A DNA stretch of 64,000 nucleotides from the NCBI GenBank assembly GCA_010015585.1, contig ML975176.1, one strand, 5' to 3'. This DNA comes from Eremomyces bilateralis CBS 781.70 (taxonomy: Eukaryota). Within the stretch, counting starts at the first letter, position 1. Every line of letters starts with the position of its first letter. The translations under genes were made by a program, and so were the position numbers. Below, piece by piece: positions 35,501-49,320 of this stretch. The notes under the pieces are model-generated. The model did no database searches and was not told the origin of the DNA. It was given only the letters and a program-made list of their open reading frames with translations.

Positions 35501-38500
35501 TCAATTCAATTAGCGCAGTGCCGAAAATCGGACGCCTCACCAAGCTGGAGCGACTCTGGGCCACGAACAATCGTCTTACGAAGTCGTTTCCTGCATCGAT
35601 CACGAATCTGACCAAACTCAAAGAGGTCGACGTCCGGTTCAATGCCATGGAAAGTATTGACGTCCTGTCCCAGCTTCCACAGCTCGAGTATCTCCTCACC
35701 GGCCACAATCGCATTTCCGCCTTCGAAGGAACGTTCGCAAGGATCCGGGTGTTGGAAATGGACCACAATCCAGTCACTCGGTTCGGCTTCTCTGCCAGCA
35801 TCCCCTCCCTAAGCATTCTCAACCTCGCTTCTGCCAAACTGGCTCAGCTCCCGGATGATCTGTTCCAGAAGGCTCCTTCATTAACCCGCCTTAACCTCGA
35901 CAAGAACCATTTCGTGTCACTATCACCTCACATCGGCCGGCTCGCGCATCTGGAACATTTCACGATTGCCCGCAACCTCCTGAGCAGCTTGCCAAAGGAG
36001 ATTGGCCGCCTGGGGGAGCTCAAACATTTGGATATCCGTGCCAACAATCTCACGTCTCTACCCCCCGAACTATGGTACGCCCGGAAACTGGAAACCCTGA
36101 ACGTCTCCGCCAACGTGCTTGACACCTTCCCGAAACCGGGTGCACCTCTCCCGAATCTTCCACACGACCCAAGTGACATGCCGACTCCTGGGTCCGGCTC
36201 GACACAAAATTTCGACGAGCTTGGTAGACTCGAAGATTTTCAATCCCGGAGACCGAGCCAGGCCTCTGGGTATCTGAGTGTTGGTAGCTCATCGGGAGGC
36301 AGTGTCCATCGAAAGGGATCAATGAGCTCCAGCTTCACCCAGAACGGCCGCAAAGGATCGGCCATGTCCCGCGCCACGACCGAAGGGACCATCACGCCCG
36401 TCTCTCGGAAAGATTCAAGTCTCTCAGGCCGGCTAGTAAATACATTCGCAAGTTCCTTGAAGCATTTGTTCCTTGCAGACAATCGACTCCCCGACGATAT
36501 TTTCGACGAACTCGCCCTACTGCCAGATCTACGCATTCTCAATCTATCTTATAATCTACTTTACGATATTCCACCCCGAACCTTGCGTCGATGGCCGCAT
36601 CTCACCGAGCTGTACTTGTCAGGGAACGATTTAACGACCTTGCCCGCTGAAGATTTGGACGAGGTGGTCTCTCTCCGAGTCCTCCACATTAACGGAAATA
36701 AGTTCCAAGTCTTACCGGCGGAGCTCGCCAAGATACAAAAACTTGCCATCATGGACGTTGGCAGCAATCTGCTCAAGTACAACGTCAACAATTGGCCTTA
36801 CGATTGGAATTGGAACTGGAACCACAACTTGAGATATCTTAATCTGTCCGGGAACAAGAGGCTGGAGATCAAACCGACCGGCTCTTACATGGGGGGGGCT
36901 GGACGTGGTGGAAAGGATCTCACCGACTTTACATCGTTGTCCAAGCTGCGTATCCTTGGCTTAATGGACGTTACCCTGATGGTCCCCTCCGTGCCCGATC
37001 AAACTGAAGACCGAAGAGTCCGCACCTCTGGTTCGACCGTTGGTAGCATGGCATATGGTATGGCCGACAGCCTGGGTAGGAATGAGCATCTCTCGATTTT
37101 GGATCTAATCATTCCCCGGTTCCGAAACCACGATGACGAGACGCTGGTCGGTATGTTTGATGGCCAGCCCATCTCCACCGGAGGTTCGAAGGTCGCCAAG
37201 TACCTGCACGAAAGCTTCAAGGACCGCTTCACGGATGAGTTGGAGAAATTGCGCGGGCCGGAAACCCCAGTCGATGCGCTCCGGCGAACGTACTTGACTC
37301 TCAATAAAGACCTCGCCATTGCGGCGAACTCGAAGGATTCCAAGACTCAGATGGTCCATCGAGGCTCCATCGGCATGCCGGAGCTAGGCGAGGACGATTT
37401 GGCCTCCGGCAGCGTCGCGACGGTGCTTTTCCTCAAGGATATGGAGCTGTTCGTCTCCAACGTAGGAGATGCCCAAGCCCTTCTGATACAGTCGGAGGGA
37501 GGCCATAAGATGATCACGCAACGCCATGACCCTGCCACCGTCACTGAACGTCTTCGAATCCGAGACGCGGGAGGATTCGTGTCACGACAAGGGAAGCTGA
37601 ACGATGTCCTCGAGGTCTCCCGGGCGTTCGGTTACATTTCCATGACCCCCGCTGTCACTGCCGCTCCGCAGATCAATCACATCACCCTTCGAGAGTCGGA
37701 TGAGATCATCCTTATCGCTTCACGGGAGCTCTGGGAATACTTGACCCCCGAATTCGCCGTGGATGTCGCTCGCTCCGAACGAAGCGATTTGATGCGCGCG
37801 GCGCAGAAGCTTCGGGATCTGGCCATCGCATTTGGTGCCACGAACAAGATCATGGTGATGATGCTAGGTGTCAGCGACCTTCGGCGACGCGAACGAGCGC
37901 GGTTCCGCACCCACAGCATGTCCATGGGTCCAATTAGTATGCAGGACGATTTCTTCACCGTGAGACAACGGAAGAGAGGGAAAGAGGGCGTGGCCGATCA
38001 AAATATTGCTCGTCTCGATCCCGAGGTTGATGCACCGGTCGGCGAAGTGAGCTTGGTGTTTACGGACATCAAGAACTCGACGTTGCTATGGGAGACGTTC
38101 CCGATTGCGATGCGCTCAGCCATTAAAATGCACAATGAGCTGATGAGGAGGCAACTGCGGCTCATCGGTGGCTACGAGGTCAAGACGGAAGGTGATTCAT
38201 TCATGGTCGCGTTTCCCACCGTCACTTCGGCTCTCCTGTGGTCCTTCACGGTACAGAGCCAGCTGTTAGAAGTCCCATGGCCAGAGGAGATCTTGAACAG
38301 CGTCAACGGACAAGAGGTGTTTGACGGCGACGGAAACATCATCTTCAAAGGTCTCTCCGTTCGCATGGGTATCCATTGGGGCGCTCCAGTTTGTGAAGTC
38401 GACCCCGTAACGAGGCGTATGGACTACTTTGGCCCTATGGTCAATCGGGCTTCACGTATCTCATCAGTTGCGGACGGCGGACAGATTACCGTCTCGTCCG

Positions 38501-39251
38501 ATTTCATCGCGGAAATCCAACGGCTCTTGGAGACGCACTATGAGTATGACCGGTCCGGGTCAACCGGATCCGATGATACCATGGGCGATGATATCCTGAG
38601 CCATACCATCCTACGTGAGCTTCGATCATTAAGCAGCCAAGGCTTCGAAGTCAAAGATCTCGGTGAGCGACGACTCAAGGGTCTTGAAAATCCCGAACGC
38701 GTCTATTTGATGTACCCACATGCCCTAGCGAACCGTCTCCTCGTCCAACAACAACGAGCGGAATCCGAGAAATTGCACCGAACTAGCTCGGGACTAATGG
38801 CCAACAAGCCACAAGAGACCAAACTTATCATCGACGCGGAAACGGTTTGGAGCCTTTGGAGCGTCAGTTTGCGCCTGGAGATGCTGTGCAGCACGCTCGA
38901 GGACCCAGACACGACCCAACTGAAGGCACCGGAAACCGCCATATTGGAACGAATGAGGACCCGTAGCGGGGAGCTCACGGATCGATTCCTGATCAACTTC
39001 GTGGAGCATCAAGTTTCACGGATCGAGGTATGTTGGACTTGATATGTTAGTAACTGGGTTATGCAATGCTGATGACCTGACAGACATGCGTCACCACTCT
39101 CGCCCTTCGAAACATGGTCCGGCCATTCCAAGGTGGACTCCTTGGGCAAGCGTGTCCGATGGACGAGATTCTTACCGACCTTACCTCGCAGCTTGGGGAT
39201 CTTCAGCGGATGAAAGCAGAGGTTCAAACGCCCTCCACACCGTCTCCGTAA
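32518..39251 (+). CDS. CYR1: Adenylate cyclase (Ras-association, LRR, PP2C-like and class III cyclase domains)
   Basis: GWEAPESWAV, RA domain, long LRR array, PP2C-like region, and catalytic VFTDIKNST...GYEVKTEGDSFMVAF...RMDYFGPMVNRASRI. Exon 1 32518-32669 splices in frame to 33027; the last exon ends TAA at 39251. Confidence 0.96.
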
Positions 39252-40113
39252 CCGTTCCACGGTCCATTTCCGGAGGCAATTTACCTTGTATGATTAGCAC
39301 AGATATCCCTATTACTCGCTGGTTGCTGTTGCGAACCGCAGCAGATGTTTCGGCCGGTTCCGTTAGCCCGGTTTGGGCGTTTGTATACAACTCATTGCAC
39401 GAGGGCGGATTCATTCATCCACGCGAGCAGAATCTTTGCGCTCTGCGTTCGCGCTATCAGGACAAGCAAGCAAGACACACGCAGGCGACTGTCGATGTTC
39501 AGTTACGACTTTCATGCTGATGACCGGAGCGGTTGGCAGGCAATATTGCCTGGATGGGCTTTGGGATACACTTTTCATTCATTCTGTCATTATTTTCCTG
39601 CGTTCGTGCTCATTCGATGGGACGGGTTAACGCTCTATGACATGCAAGTTGGCGATCATCTGCTCCTTTTCTTATTCATGTAAATCCGGATGGTCTAGCA
39701 CACCTACTGTCAGGGTGGGTGGTTAGGGATGGGAAACATTTAATAGCGCTCAACGACCGAAAAGGCTAATTCCAGTCACGGATTCATCATAGCATAACCA
39801 TCGTGGTGGATGCCACCAATCAATATAAATACGATAATTAAGTACTTTAAAGGGTTTCGTGAGCTTTTCGTCGTGCTGAATATCGCCTAGGCGAGTGCAA
39901 TCGTTCTGGTACGTAACGGTCGTTCGGCTGACCATTCTTATACTTTCACCTGGGAAGGACCACGTTGGTTCCTCCATCAACGCTGGGAACTTAGGCAACT
40001 CACCACGTATCTCCCAACATCACAGCCTCCTTCAATTCAATATGTCTAGTTAAACCGGCAATGGATCGCAATTGCGATTTTCTTAATATTATACCCTTCG
40101 GAACCTCGTCGCA

Positions 40114-41846
40114 ATGCCAAACTCTGCGGTTGCGACCTCTGTTAAAGGTGCCACGGTCCTCGTCCTCCTCCAGGTCAGCTCGAGGGCATTGACATTTATC
40201 CTCAATCAAACCCTCCTTCGTATCATCTCTCCCGAACTCCTGGCGGTCGCAACTCAGTTGGAGCTCTACTCTATTTCTGTCCTATACTTCTCCCGCGAGA
40301 GCGTCCGCGTGGCCGTGCAGCGACAGCCGGACGATGTGCAGACTGTGGTGAATCTCTCCTACATCAGTCTTGCCCTTGGCCCCGTGTTTGCTCTGGTGCT
40401 TGGGACGCTGTATCTACGGTCTGCCAACTATCCCGTCTTATACGTGCGAGAGTCCTTGATCATTTACGGGTTCGCTTGTCTTGTCGAATTGCTTTCCGAG
40501 CCTGGGTTTGTGGCCGCCCAGCAGAAACTTCTATATGGAATTCGGGGCTCAGTAGAGAGCTTCGCTACCATCGTCAAGTGCCTTATAATTTGCGGACTCG
40601 CTTTCTGGGCGCATATCAATGGGTTGAATTACGGAGTTTTGCCATTCGCATACGGACAACTGGCGTTTGCGACGACGCTCTTTCTGGGATACACTGTCCG
40701 AGTGAGCCGCCTTGCGGCAAAGCAGAATTTCTCCCTGATTCTGCGGAAGATACGCCCACAGTATGTGCATCGGGGACGCGCTGGCCATCTTAAGCTTACC
40801 AGAAGCATACAGACCATCCGAGATACATTACTTTAATGCATTTTCTCGATCGCTATGCAGCCTGGTGTTTAGCCTTTCTCTGCAGTCCAGCGTCAAGTAC
40901 ATCCTCACCCAAGGGGACTCATTAATTATGGCAAACCTGACCACCCTCCACGACCAAGGTGCCTATGCACTGGCGGCCAATTATGGCGGCCTCATTGCAC
41001 GAATGGTTTTCCAGCCTATCGAGGAGAGTACTAGAAATGTCTTTGCTCGACTTTGCGCGTCCGAGTCGAACGTTACCGAGCCCAAGGAGCAAATCAACCA
41101 GGCCAAAGTGTTACTTCAGGATATCCTTCGCATATACAGCCTCATGTCACTCGTGGCGGTTGTTGCTGGGCCAGTTGCAGCACCCTTGCTTCTCCAACTG
41201 GTGGCCGGCTCCAAGTGGATAGAAACCGGCTCTGGGGAGATGCTGTCCACGTACTGTTTCTACATCCCTCTTTTGGCATTAAATGGGGTTACGGAAGCAT
41301 TCGTGGCAGCTGTTGCTAACAAACAGCAGCTCTACCGTCAATCAGTATACATGGGCTTGTTCTTCGCTGCATTTGCTGGATCTGCTTTTCTCTTCTTGCA
41401 TACTTGGTCACTTGGGGGCCACGGGGTGGTTTATGCAAACTGCTTGAACATGGGATTGCGCATTTTTTGGAATATATCCTTCATCAAGGACTTCTTTAAC
41501 CATAGGAAGTTGGTAAGCACCCAACCGTCTTGTCGCTTGTGACTCGGACACTGATTTGAGCTGTAGTCATTCACCATCTCCACATCCTTGCCTTCATACG
41601 GTTCTCAGGGAATAGCCATAGCTTTCTGGGCATTGCTCAGGAACCGTCGGCTGTATGCGTCAACGTTGCTGGGAAGCCTTGTTCGGGTGGGGCTTGCAGT
41701 GGGAGTATACCTCGCGCTATTGTAAGTGAAATATTTGATAGACACAGTTAGCATGTCGCTAACACCTCAGGCTACTCTTCGAACGCACCTTTCTCTGGGG
41801 ACTGGTACAGAATATCAGGGGTCAGCGAACCAGCGAGCGTTCTTGA
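40114..41846 (+). CDS. RFT1: Rft1 (Man5GlcNAc2-PP-dolichol translocation-associated protein)
   Basis: LQVSSRALTFILNQ, YFSRES.R.A.QR, KYILTQGD, QGAYALAANYGGLIARM.FQPIEES and LALNGVTEAF. Three introns. Confidence 0.93.
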
Positions 41847-42318
41847 CGCAATCTATGCAGACCATGTACAACAGAAGTCATGATATTAAAGCATGCTACG
41901 CTGCCTGGTGCTTTCTCCTATCGGCGATGCAATATCATATACGTGCCATACTGTCGTTCCATGGAGGACAATGGCATTCAGTGATGGGTGCGAATATCAA
42001 AAGGCTTCAGGGATATAACAGGAAGCGACGGCCCAAATCGTAGACCGTGTAGACGCCGGCGACAATACAATTATTCTACAGGATACCTGTTCACTTTCAC
42101 GTCGTCAAGCCATAGTTAGACCAAAGTAGTTCCATCACTCTGTATTCTGGAATAGCGCTGTACTCGCTGGGGCAGCTATCAGATGCAGGGATGTGACGGG
42201 GGTTCACGAACATCCCAAGTTCCATTCAACAACGCGATTCTCCCGTTCCACCCTCCACACCTACTGATGTTCTAGACTGCAGGGTCAGAGCAACCAAATT
42301 CCATGATCTGAAGACTGA

Positions 42319-43661
42319 ATGCGACCAGTCCTGCTACGATGGTCGCGTCCGCTGCGGCTGCTCGTTCCCGGCCCACGATGTGATCACCATATACGATGCG
42401 GACCGGGTCCCCAAGTTTCGTCGGTGTTGGCACGACACGCTCTCAACGACGGATGCCCTTTGCAGCTCTCTAGATCTGCGAGCTCGTCTTCATCTTCAAG
42501 ATGGAAGCAGCGCCAGTTCAAAGACCAGTTTACAAGAGAAGCCAAGGTTCAAGGCCTCAAAAGCCGTGCAGCGTTTAAATTGCTCGAGGTATAACACACT
42601 GCCCTCTTAAGGAGCTGATGCTAATACCTCCTGTGCGGTAGATTGATGAGAAGCACCACCTTTTCAAACGTGGGGCAACTGTCATCGACTTGGTAAGTGA
42701 CCCCGAGGTCAAGCGCTAAGACTATCTCTAACACATCGTCGCAGGGTTATGCACCAGGATCGTGGTCACAGGTCCGTACCTCGACGAGCGTTTGTTGCCA
42801 TAATGGAAGGGGGAGAAAACTAAACGCAGATTAGGTTGCCATATCGCGTACACAACCCAATGGACGGGTGGTGGGAATCGACATGCTCCCCGCGCAACCT
42901 CCGAGGGGCGTCTCGACAATTCAAGGCAATTTTCTGTCTCCCGCCGTGCAAGCAGAAGTGCGCACATATGTCCAGGACCCCGCAAGGGGACGGCCGATCC
43001 AACGAGGAATCCCACCACCGACTGCAGAAAGTGAAACATCGGAAGAGAGGAGTGAAAGCTACATTGATATGGACCGACACCTGGCAGCGGAAGGCATGGA
43101 GCCCATGGGTGGTGTGGTTGAGGAGTTGGAGCAAGCCGAAACCCGTCTGTCGACAAAAGAGAAAGATGTGGCCATGGGGCGTGTGGTGGATGTGGTTCTG
43201 AGCGATATGTCTGCACCCTGGCCTCAGACCACTGGTTTCTCGGTGAACTCCGTTAGTGACGCATATACTAGGATGATGAACTCGAGCGGCAACTCCTTTC
43301 GAGATCATGCCGGAAGTATGGTGAGCAAGCTCCTCTCTCCTCTGATGTTATATTGATTTAACCAGTTGCATTAGGATCTTTGCATGGCTGCGTTGACGTT
43401 CAGTTTCGATACTTTAAAGACGGGTGGCCACTTCGTATGCAAATTCTACCAAGGATCGGAGGAAAAGGCATTTGAAGCTCAACTCAAGAGACTTTTTGAA
43501 AAGGTGCATCGCGAGAAGCCCAAGGCGTCTAGAGGAGTACGTCTTTGTTACAATCGATCTCCTGTTCTGGGGGCTAACAGTTTCAGCAATCGAAAGAGGC
43601 ATACTTCATAGCGTTGAGACGAAAGCCGCTCCCGAGTCGGGAGGAAGTATTCGATACATAA
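42319..43661 (+). CDS. MRM2: FtsJ/RrmJ-type mitochondrial LSU rRNA 2'-O-methyltransferase
   Basis: Mitochondrial leader, SS.RW..RQ.KD.FTREAK..GLKSRAAFKLLE, DLGYAPGSWSQV, VDVVLSDM, GHFVCKFYQG and SKEAY. Multi-exon. Confidence 0.9.
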
Positions 43662-43785
43662 TCATCACAGAGTGGCCACGATTTAGAACGTTTCATCGAA
43701 CAACCCACAAAGTCCTATGCTATCATGATTCAGCTAGCCGACATGCTTTCAAAGTATTCCATCATTACTATGCAATGAACAAAGT

Positions 43786-45658
43786 CTACTTTCCGGCAAC
43801 CCCCTTCCGATCTTTCTTCAGAGGGGAGAACTGGAAACCATCTTCTGACGTGATGAATCCACCTTTGATTCCTCCCTTGACACCAAACAACCCACCCTTC
43901 GCCAAGGACCGACCTGAAAGTAGACCTTTCCCGGGGATCGGTTTGGACGGGATGCCATCATCTTCGTCGAACAACGTCTTGCCAAGACCGTTGCCTGGAA
44001 GTTTTCGCTTTTTCCGCTTCTCCATCGCGGGGTCGTCGTTGAAGGTGGCAAAGGACGCGAGCGATTTCCGGACTTTCGGTACCGGGGCTGCGGTGGGCTT
44101 CAACTTGGGAATGGATTGATCCAGTTTCGGAAGGACCTCGTTCTCGGACCCTTCCTCGGCAACCGATTCCAGTTTTGATAAGCGGGCTTTTGTTCTCGAC
44201 GGTGCGGGTTTAGAGTTCGCCTTTGCTCCGGCCGGGACGAGCGCTTTCGGTTTCGTTGCCGGCTTCTTTGCCGGTTTCTTTGCCGGCTTCTTCGCGACCG
44301 CTGACGGGGTTTCTATCTCCTGCTCTTGATCTTCATGGTCTTGTGACTCTCCAGGCCGCTCCGATTGGGTATTGTCGGAGGGGGTGGCATTGGGTGAAGG
44401 GCTCTCAGGCAGCACGCTCGTCGATCGATTCAGGAACGGAGTGATGGAGAAGGTGGATTTGTCACCAGGAAGCGTGGATCTCTTGCCACGCTTTGCACGG
44501 AAGCCATCTCCAGGAGTACCGATGGTAGCATCGGGATCGAGATCAGTATGGGCCAACTTCCGCTTGGTGCCCTTTGTCTTGGCCTCTTTCTTGTTGACAA
44601 CCTCCTCTGCGATCTGCGCTTTCTCCAGGCTGCCCTCGACCTCTTTAAGCTTTTCTTTGGTGGACTTAAGCTTGGTCCGAAACGCGTTTAGCTTGTCCTC
44701 CAAGACGGCCTTCTGTGCATCCCATTCCGTCAGCCCCTTTTGTAGTGCCTTATCAGCCTTTTCGCGCTCCCGCTTCTCTTTCTGAAGGTCCTTCTTGACA
44801 CCGTCCAGCTGTGACGTGTCCGATGTGACGTTTTCACTTGCTGTTTGATTTATCCGTCGCTGGTCCTCCAATTCCCCCCGAAGCTTCTCGGCCTCTCGCA
44901 CGGCATCTTTGTGCTCTTGCCTTGACTCCTGAAGCTCCTCTCGGAGTTGCTCGATCTGCGCCTTGTCGCTAGCACCAGTTTTGGACGCCTTTGCGGAGAC
45001 GCGCTGGGTTGCTTTCTTTTCGTTTTCAAGTTCGACCTGTAGAGTGGTGACTTCTCGCTGTAGGGCAAGTTTCTCGGAAAGCAATGTCTGGTTCGAGGCA
45101 GCTTGTGCCCGCAAATGCTCCAGTTCGGGTTTCATCGTCGAAAGCTCACGCGTGAGTGCCAGCTTCTCAGTCAGAATTTTGGTGGAATCCGTCGAGACCC
45201 CTTGTAGGGACAGTATCTCGGCCTAACCCCCGTGGTCAGCGTAGCGCATACAAGATGTAATGTTGACTTACTCTCATGGTCTCGACATCACGGCATTTCT
45301 GGCGCAGGTCGTTCGAGAGTCGCTCAACTTGAGCATCAAGTTGTTCAGAACGCGCCAGGGAATCTTCCAATTGTTGTTGAACATCCTCGGTCCTCTCCTC
45401 GTCTTCTAGGAGCTGCTCGTTCAGTTGTTCGTTCTCGTCCTCCAGTAGCAGCATTTGGAAGCGCAGATTCCTGATATCTTCGTCCTTGACCACATTTTCG
45501 ACATTGCTGACGCTTTGCTCATAGTTTTGCTCCAGTCGAGCGGTTTGGAGGGCTTGTCGAAGCTGCGAACACGTCAACCACTGAAAGCGCGATAAGGGAC
45601 AGGCCTTTCCTACTTCATCGGGCTTCAAGGCCTCGGAGAAATCGGGTCTTTGTGGCAT
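43786..45658 (-). CDS. Uncharacterised coiled-coil protein with basic, S/T-P-rich C-terminal region
   Basis: ATG 45658 and two short introns linking ORFs 45236-45694 and 43786-45135. Heptad-rich N-terminal half, then TIGTPG, FSITPFL and FSPLKK motifs. Confidence 0.75.
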
Positions 45659-46028
45659 TTTCGAAGAATACGGGGCAAATGATGTGTTAGTCAAGTATGC
45701 ATCTCCAAATATTCAGCGATAGTGGTCTGGAGTTTGGGTGATGCGACAACGACAACGGTGTTTCGTCTGGTTCAGAGTGGTGGATAGCGGTTGCTGGTCA
45801 GGCATCATGTAAACAAACAGTGGGCACGTGACTGACATCATGTGACTCTAATATATACATCACATGACTCTTCCCTATTCTACGGCGGACGACATAAGCC
45901 TATCATGCCATTCCGAACATGCAAGCTGTTCGAAAGACAACTGAAGCGTCACAGCGGACATTTCTGAGCAACAACATTGTCAAGAGGAAATCAGGCAGTT
46001 GGCCTATCCATTCGTTCCCCAAGCCACC

Positions 46029-47167
46029 ATGAGGTTCTTCCCATTGCTTGTGAGCCTTCTTCCCCTTGGCGTCCTGGGTGCGAAGAAGCCCACCGATCCA
46101 TTCCAAGACTTCCACAACAAACCAAGCCCCATGAAACTCGTCGACGTCACCTACGATCGATTGACCTCCGCCCCGAGAGATTACACCGTTGCGGTGCTGC
46201 TCACGGCTTTAGAGGCGCGGTTCGGATGCGAATTATGTCGGCTGTTCCAGCCCGAATGGGAGCTGTTGGCAAAGAGTTGGAGGAAAGGGGACAGTAGCGG
46301 AGAGTCAAGGCTGCTCTTTGGGACACTGGATTTCATAGACGGGAAAGCGACGTTCCAATCGGTATGATCCTCCACCATGACGGCAATAGAGTAACTTCTC
46401 CTAACATGATCCAGCTCAATCTCCAAACCGCGCCGGTCTTGTTGATATTCCATCCAACGATTGGTCCGGATGCCAAAGTGGATCCTCAGCCGACACGATT
46501 CGATTTCAACGCAGGGTGAGAGAGCCTTAAGGAGTGAATTGCGATCATTACAGTACTAAATTAAATGCAGCCCACAAACCGCCGAGTCCGTCCACGCCAT
46601 ACTTAGTAGGCATCTCCCTAGCGGCCCTCATCCCCCCGTGCGCCGTCCTGTGAACTACGTCAAAATAGTGGTCATCACAACCGCCGTGCTTGGTCTCATT
46701 ACATTATTTGCCGTTGCCGCACCATATCTTCTACCGATCATCCAGAACCGGAATCTGTGGGCTGCGATCAGCTTGGTCTTGGTCCTAGTCTTTACAAGCG
46801 GCCAAATGTTTAATCACATTCGTAAGGTACCTTACGTCGCGGGGAACGGCAAGGGAGGGATCAGCTACTTTGCTGGAGGCTTTCAAAGTCAATTCGGCCT
46901 CGAAACCCAGATTATCGCTGGCATATGTGAGCTTCTACTTCCCGATCAACGTCATGCAGAGGAAATGTGCTAACTTGCGTCATAGACGGCATGCTTGCAT
47001 TCGCCACGATCACCTTGGCTCTCAAAGTTCCAAGAACGGCGGATCCAAAGAGGCAACAAGTAGCTGTGTTCATCTGGAGTGGCATACTCTTCCTTGTTTA
47101 CAGTTTTCTCCTGAGCGTTTTCCGGATGAAGAACAGCGGATATCCTTTCACGTTACCTCCATTTTGA
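46029..47167 (+). CDS. OST3: Oligosaccharyltransferase OST3/OST6 subunit
   Basis: Signal peptide, thioredoxin-like C(EL)C, FTSGQMFNHIRKVPY, GFQSQFGLETQI and C-terminal FRMKNSGYPF. Confidence 0.92.
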
Positions 47168-48156
47168 GCAATGTATCGCCAGTCCGTAACATGTCAGACT
47201 TTCGATACTGCCGGAGAGATATAAGAGCTAGGAAGATGTCAAAAGTCCTTGCCCCGAGAAAAACCTATTCCATTGTGTCTGATCTGTCTGGCGTCAAATG
47301 TTGAGTTGCACCTGGTGTTCTGGGCGTTGAACTGGCCACGACTTAGACTCTGGTACATTGTGTACATGGGCTACGGTATGTATGAGTTAGACAAGCAGGC
47401 CTCACTTGGAACGGCCGGCAAGAAACAAAGAAAACTTTTCGCATATTCAGCGTAGGACCACCGGGCGACCGATCGTCCTTCCGTCTTTGTCTTCACCCAG
47501 GGTCATTCGTTATCCAATGTCGCCGAGATATTCCCATTCATGCGTCCAAACCGACTTTTTTCACAGTCCTGGTGTTTACCATGTTGATTCTGAGCTCAGT
47601 TCGCTTGACTGTGATACATCCATTTCCAACCAGGAGTTCGCTCGCAGGCATTCCAGCTTCCCTTCTCACCGTCATCCACAATACATTCTGAGGCATCTCA
47701 GCCAACCGTGAACACACTTCAGCATCTAGGATCACCAACAAACCATGTTTGATTCTCATTAGACTACGTGGACAATGGGTACCTGGTCATAGATCCACGG
47801 CGCCTGATTCAAAGTGACCGTGAAACAAAGAAACATGTGTCTCACACACGACCTCGTGGCAACCGGAACAAAGCCCTTCTATCTTGGGAATTGGAACAGC
47901 AGAATTCTGGCGGTCTTGCTTCAGCGCGCCATTCATCTTCACAATATTAATCGGCTTGGCGTCTGGCTTTGTTCACAGCTGGCTATCATTTAGATCCTCT
48001 TCTAACCTGACCATAAATATCTCAGCTGCAGACTCGCTCTTCCTTCTATCTTCCCTTTCGATTGTTTTGCCCTACCAAAATCTCTATTGCTTCGAAGCCG
48101 GCCTTCGACTTGAATCTATCGTTACGTATAGCATCCGGCGCTCGACGCTCGCCATC

Positions 48157-49320
48157 ATGCGGGTCACTTCGGTTCCATATCGGTCATCCAATCTTGCAAT
48201 CCCTACATCGCCCTTTTCTCCCATTACTCCAGTCGCCATCAATATCTCCCGACCCAGCAGAGCTGAAAGTCCCCGATCGACGTCCCCAAAAAGCAAGAGA
48301 AAGCCCCTCTCCCCACCTCCACAGTCGCCACTGCAGTGGCTCTGGCAATGCCACATCTGCAAGGCATCGTATCCCTTGGGCGTGACCCGACGATGCCTCG
48401 TGGACGGACACTACTTCTGCTCCGGGGTCAGCTATGTCAAATCCAAACGGCCCGGCCACCCCAAGGTCCCCAAACGCGGCAAAGCTTGCACCAGTGAATT
48501 CGATTATCAAGGGTGGAAGCGGTGGGGCGACTGGCGAAGGGCGGATCAATCCCATACTGCTACCGATGATGGGCGGAACACGCAGAGCGCGCCCAAGGGC
48601 TCCAAGAAGAACTGCTGGGACACGTGTGACTTTCCAAGCGAATGTCGGTGGGGAAATCAGTTGGGGGTTCAGTTCGCTCCAGTAACCAACGCAGCACAAG
48701 TAACAGCACAGACTCCCTCCTCCCATCCAGAGACGCCTCCGCCTTCGCCTCCAACAACAGATATAACGGCTCCTCCATATTCCGAGCGGGCGGAAGCATT
48801 GTCAACCCTGGAGGGCATGTTAAACAAATCCTTTCTCCAACCCCAATCCACGTGGTCGAGCTCGCCATTCAGTGACCAGTGTAGTAGCAGCGCTGGGTCG
48901 TCAAAGGATGACTTCTGGTCGGCGCTGATGATTTCTGCCAAACGACGGAAAAGCACGCCGGATGTATCGCCTCTTCACGAGCTAGTGACGATGTCGCGAA
49001 GCGAGAATATTGGGAATAAAGGTAAATACAGAGAAATGAAGGTGGGTTTGGCGGATAATGGAGGGGTTCAACCGCGAGCTCCTGCGGTGGACTCGGAGAC
49101 TGACGATACGGAAATCCAGGATGCGAAAAGAGAGAACGCGAAGAGAGAGAATACACGAGTTGGAGTTCGCGAGGCAGCAGTGGAGATGGACAAATCATCA
49201 GCACCCATGGAAGGTGTCGAATTCACTGGGAATTTTGGGATCAAACGAGACTCTGAGAAGCGCATAGTGAGAAGGGCGAGCATCAGAAGTTTGTTCCAAG
49301 GGCGGAGTGGTAGTGGTTGA
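48157..49320 (+). CDS. Hypothetical protein with a Cys/His-rich putative metal-binding domain
   Basis: Long intronless ORF from ATG 48157. WQCHIC...RRCLVDGHYFC...CTSEFDY..W..W..WRR...CWDTCDFPSECRW is embedded in Pro/Ser-rich disordered sequence. Confidence 0.7.
   Translation: MRVTSVPYRSSNLAIPTSPFSPITPVAINISRPSRAESPRSTSPKSKRKPLSPPPQSPLQWLWQCHICKASYPLGVTRRCLVDGHYFCSGVSYVKSKRPGHPKVPKRGKACTSEFDYQGWKRWGDWRRADQSHTATDDGRNTQSAPKGSKKNCWDTCDFPSECRWGNQLGVQFAPVTNAAQVTAQTPSSHPETPPPSPPTTDITAPPYSERAEALSTLEGMLNKSFLQPQSTWSSSPFSDQCSSSAGSSKDDFWSALMISAKRRKSTPDVSPLHELVTMSRSENIGNKGKYREMKVGLADNGGVQPRAPAVDSETDDTEIQDAKRENAKRENTRVGVREAAVEMDKSSAPMEGVEFTGNFGIKRDSEKRIVRRASIRSLFQGRSGSG

Noticed and set aside
35007..35837. 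Long antisense ORFs inside adenylate cyclase (similar ones in POL5, NIF3 and CDB4)
   Set aside because: Expected antisense open frames from codon bias; no independent coding signal.
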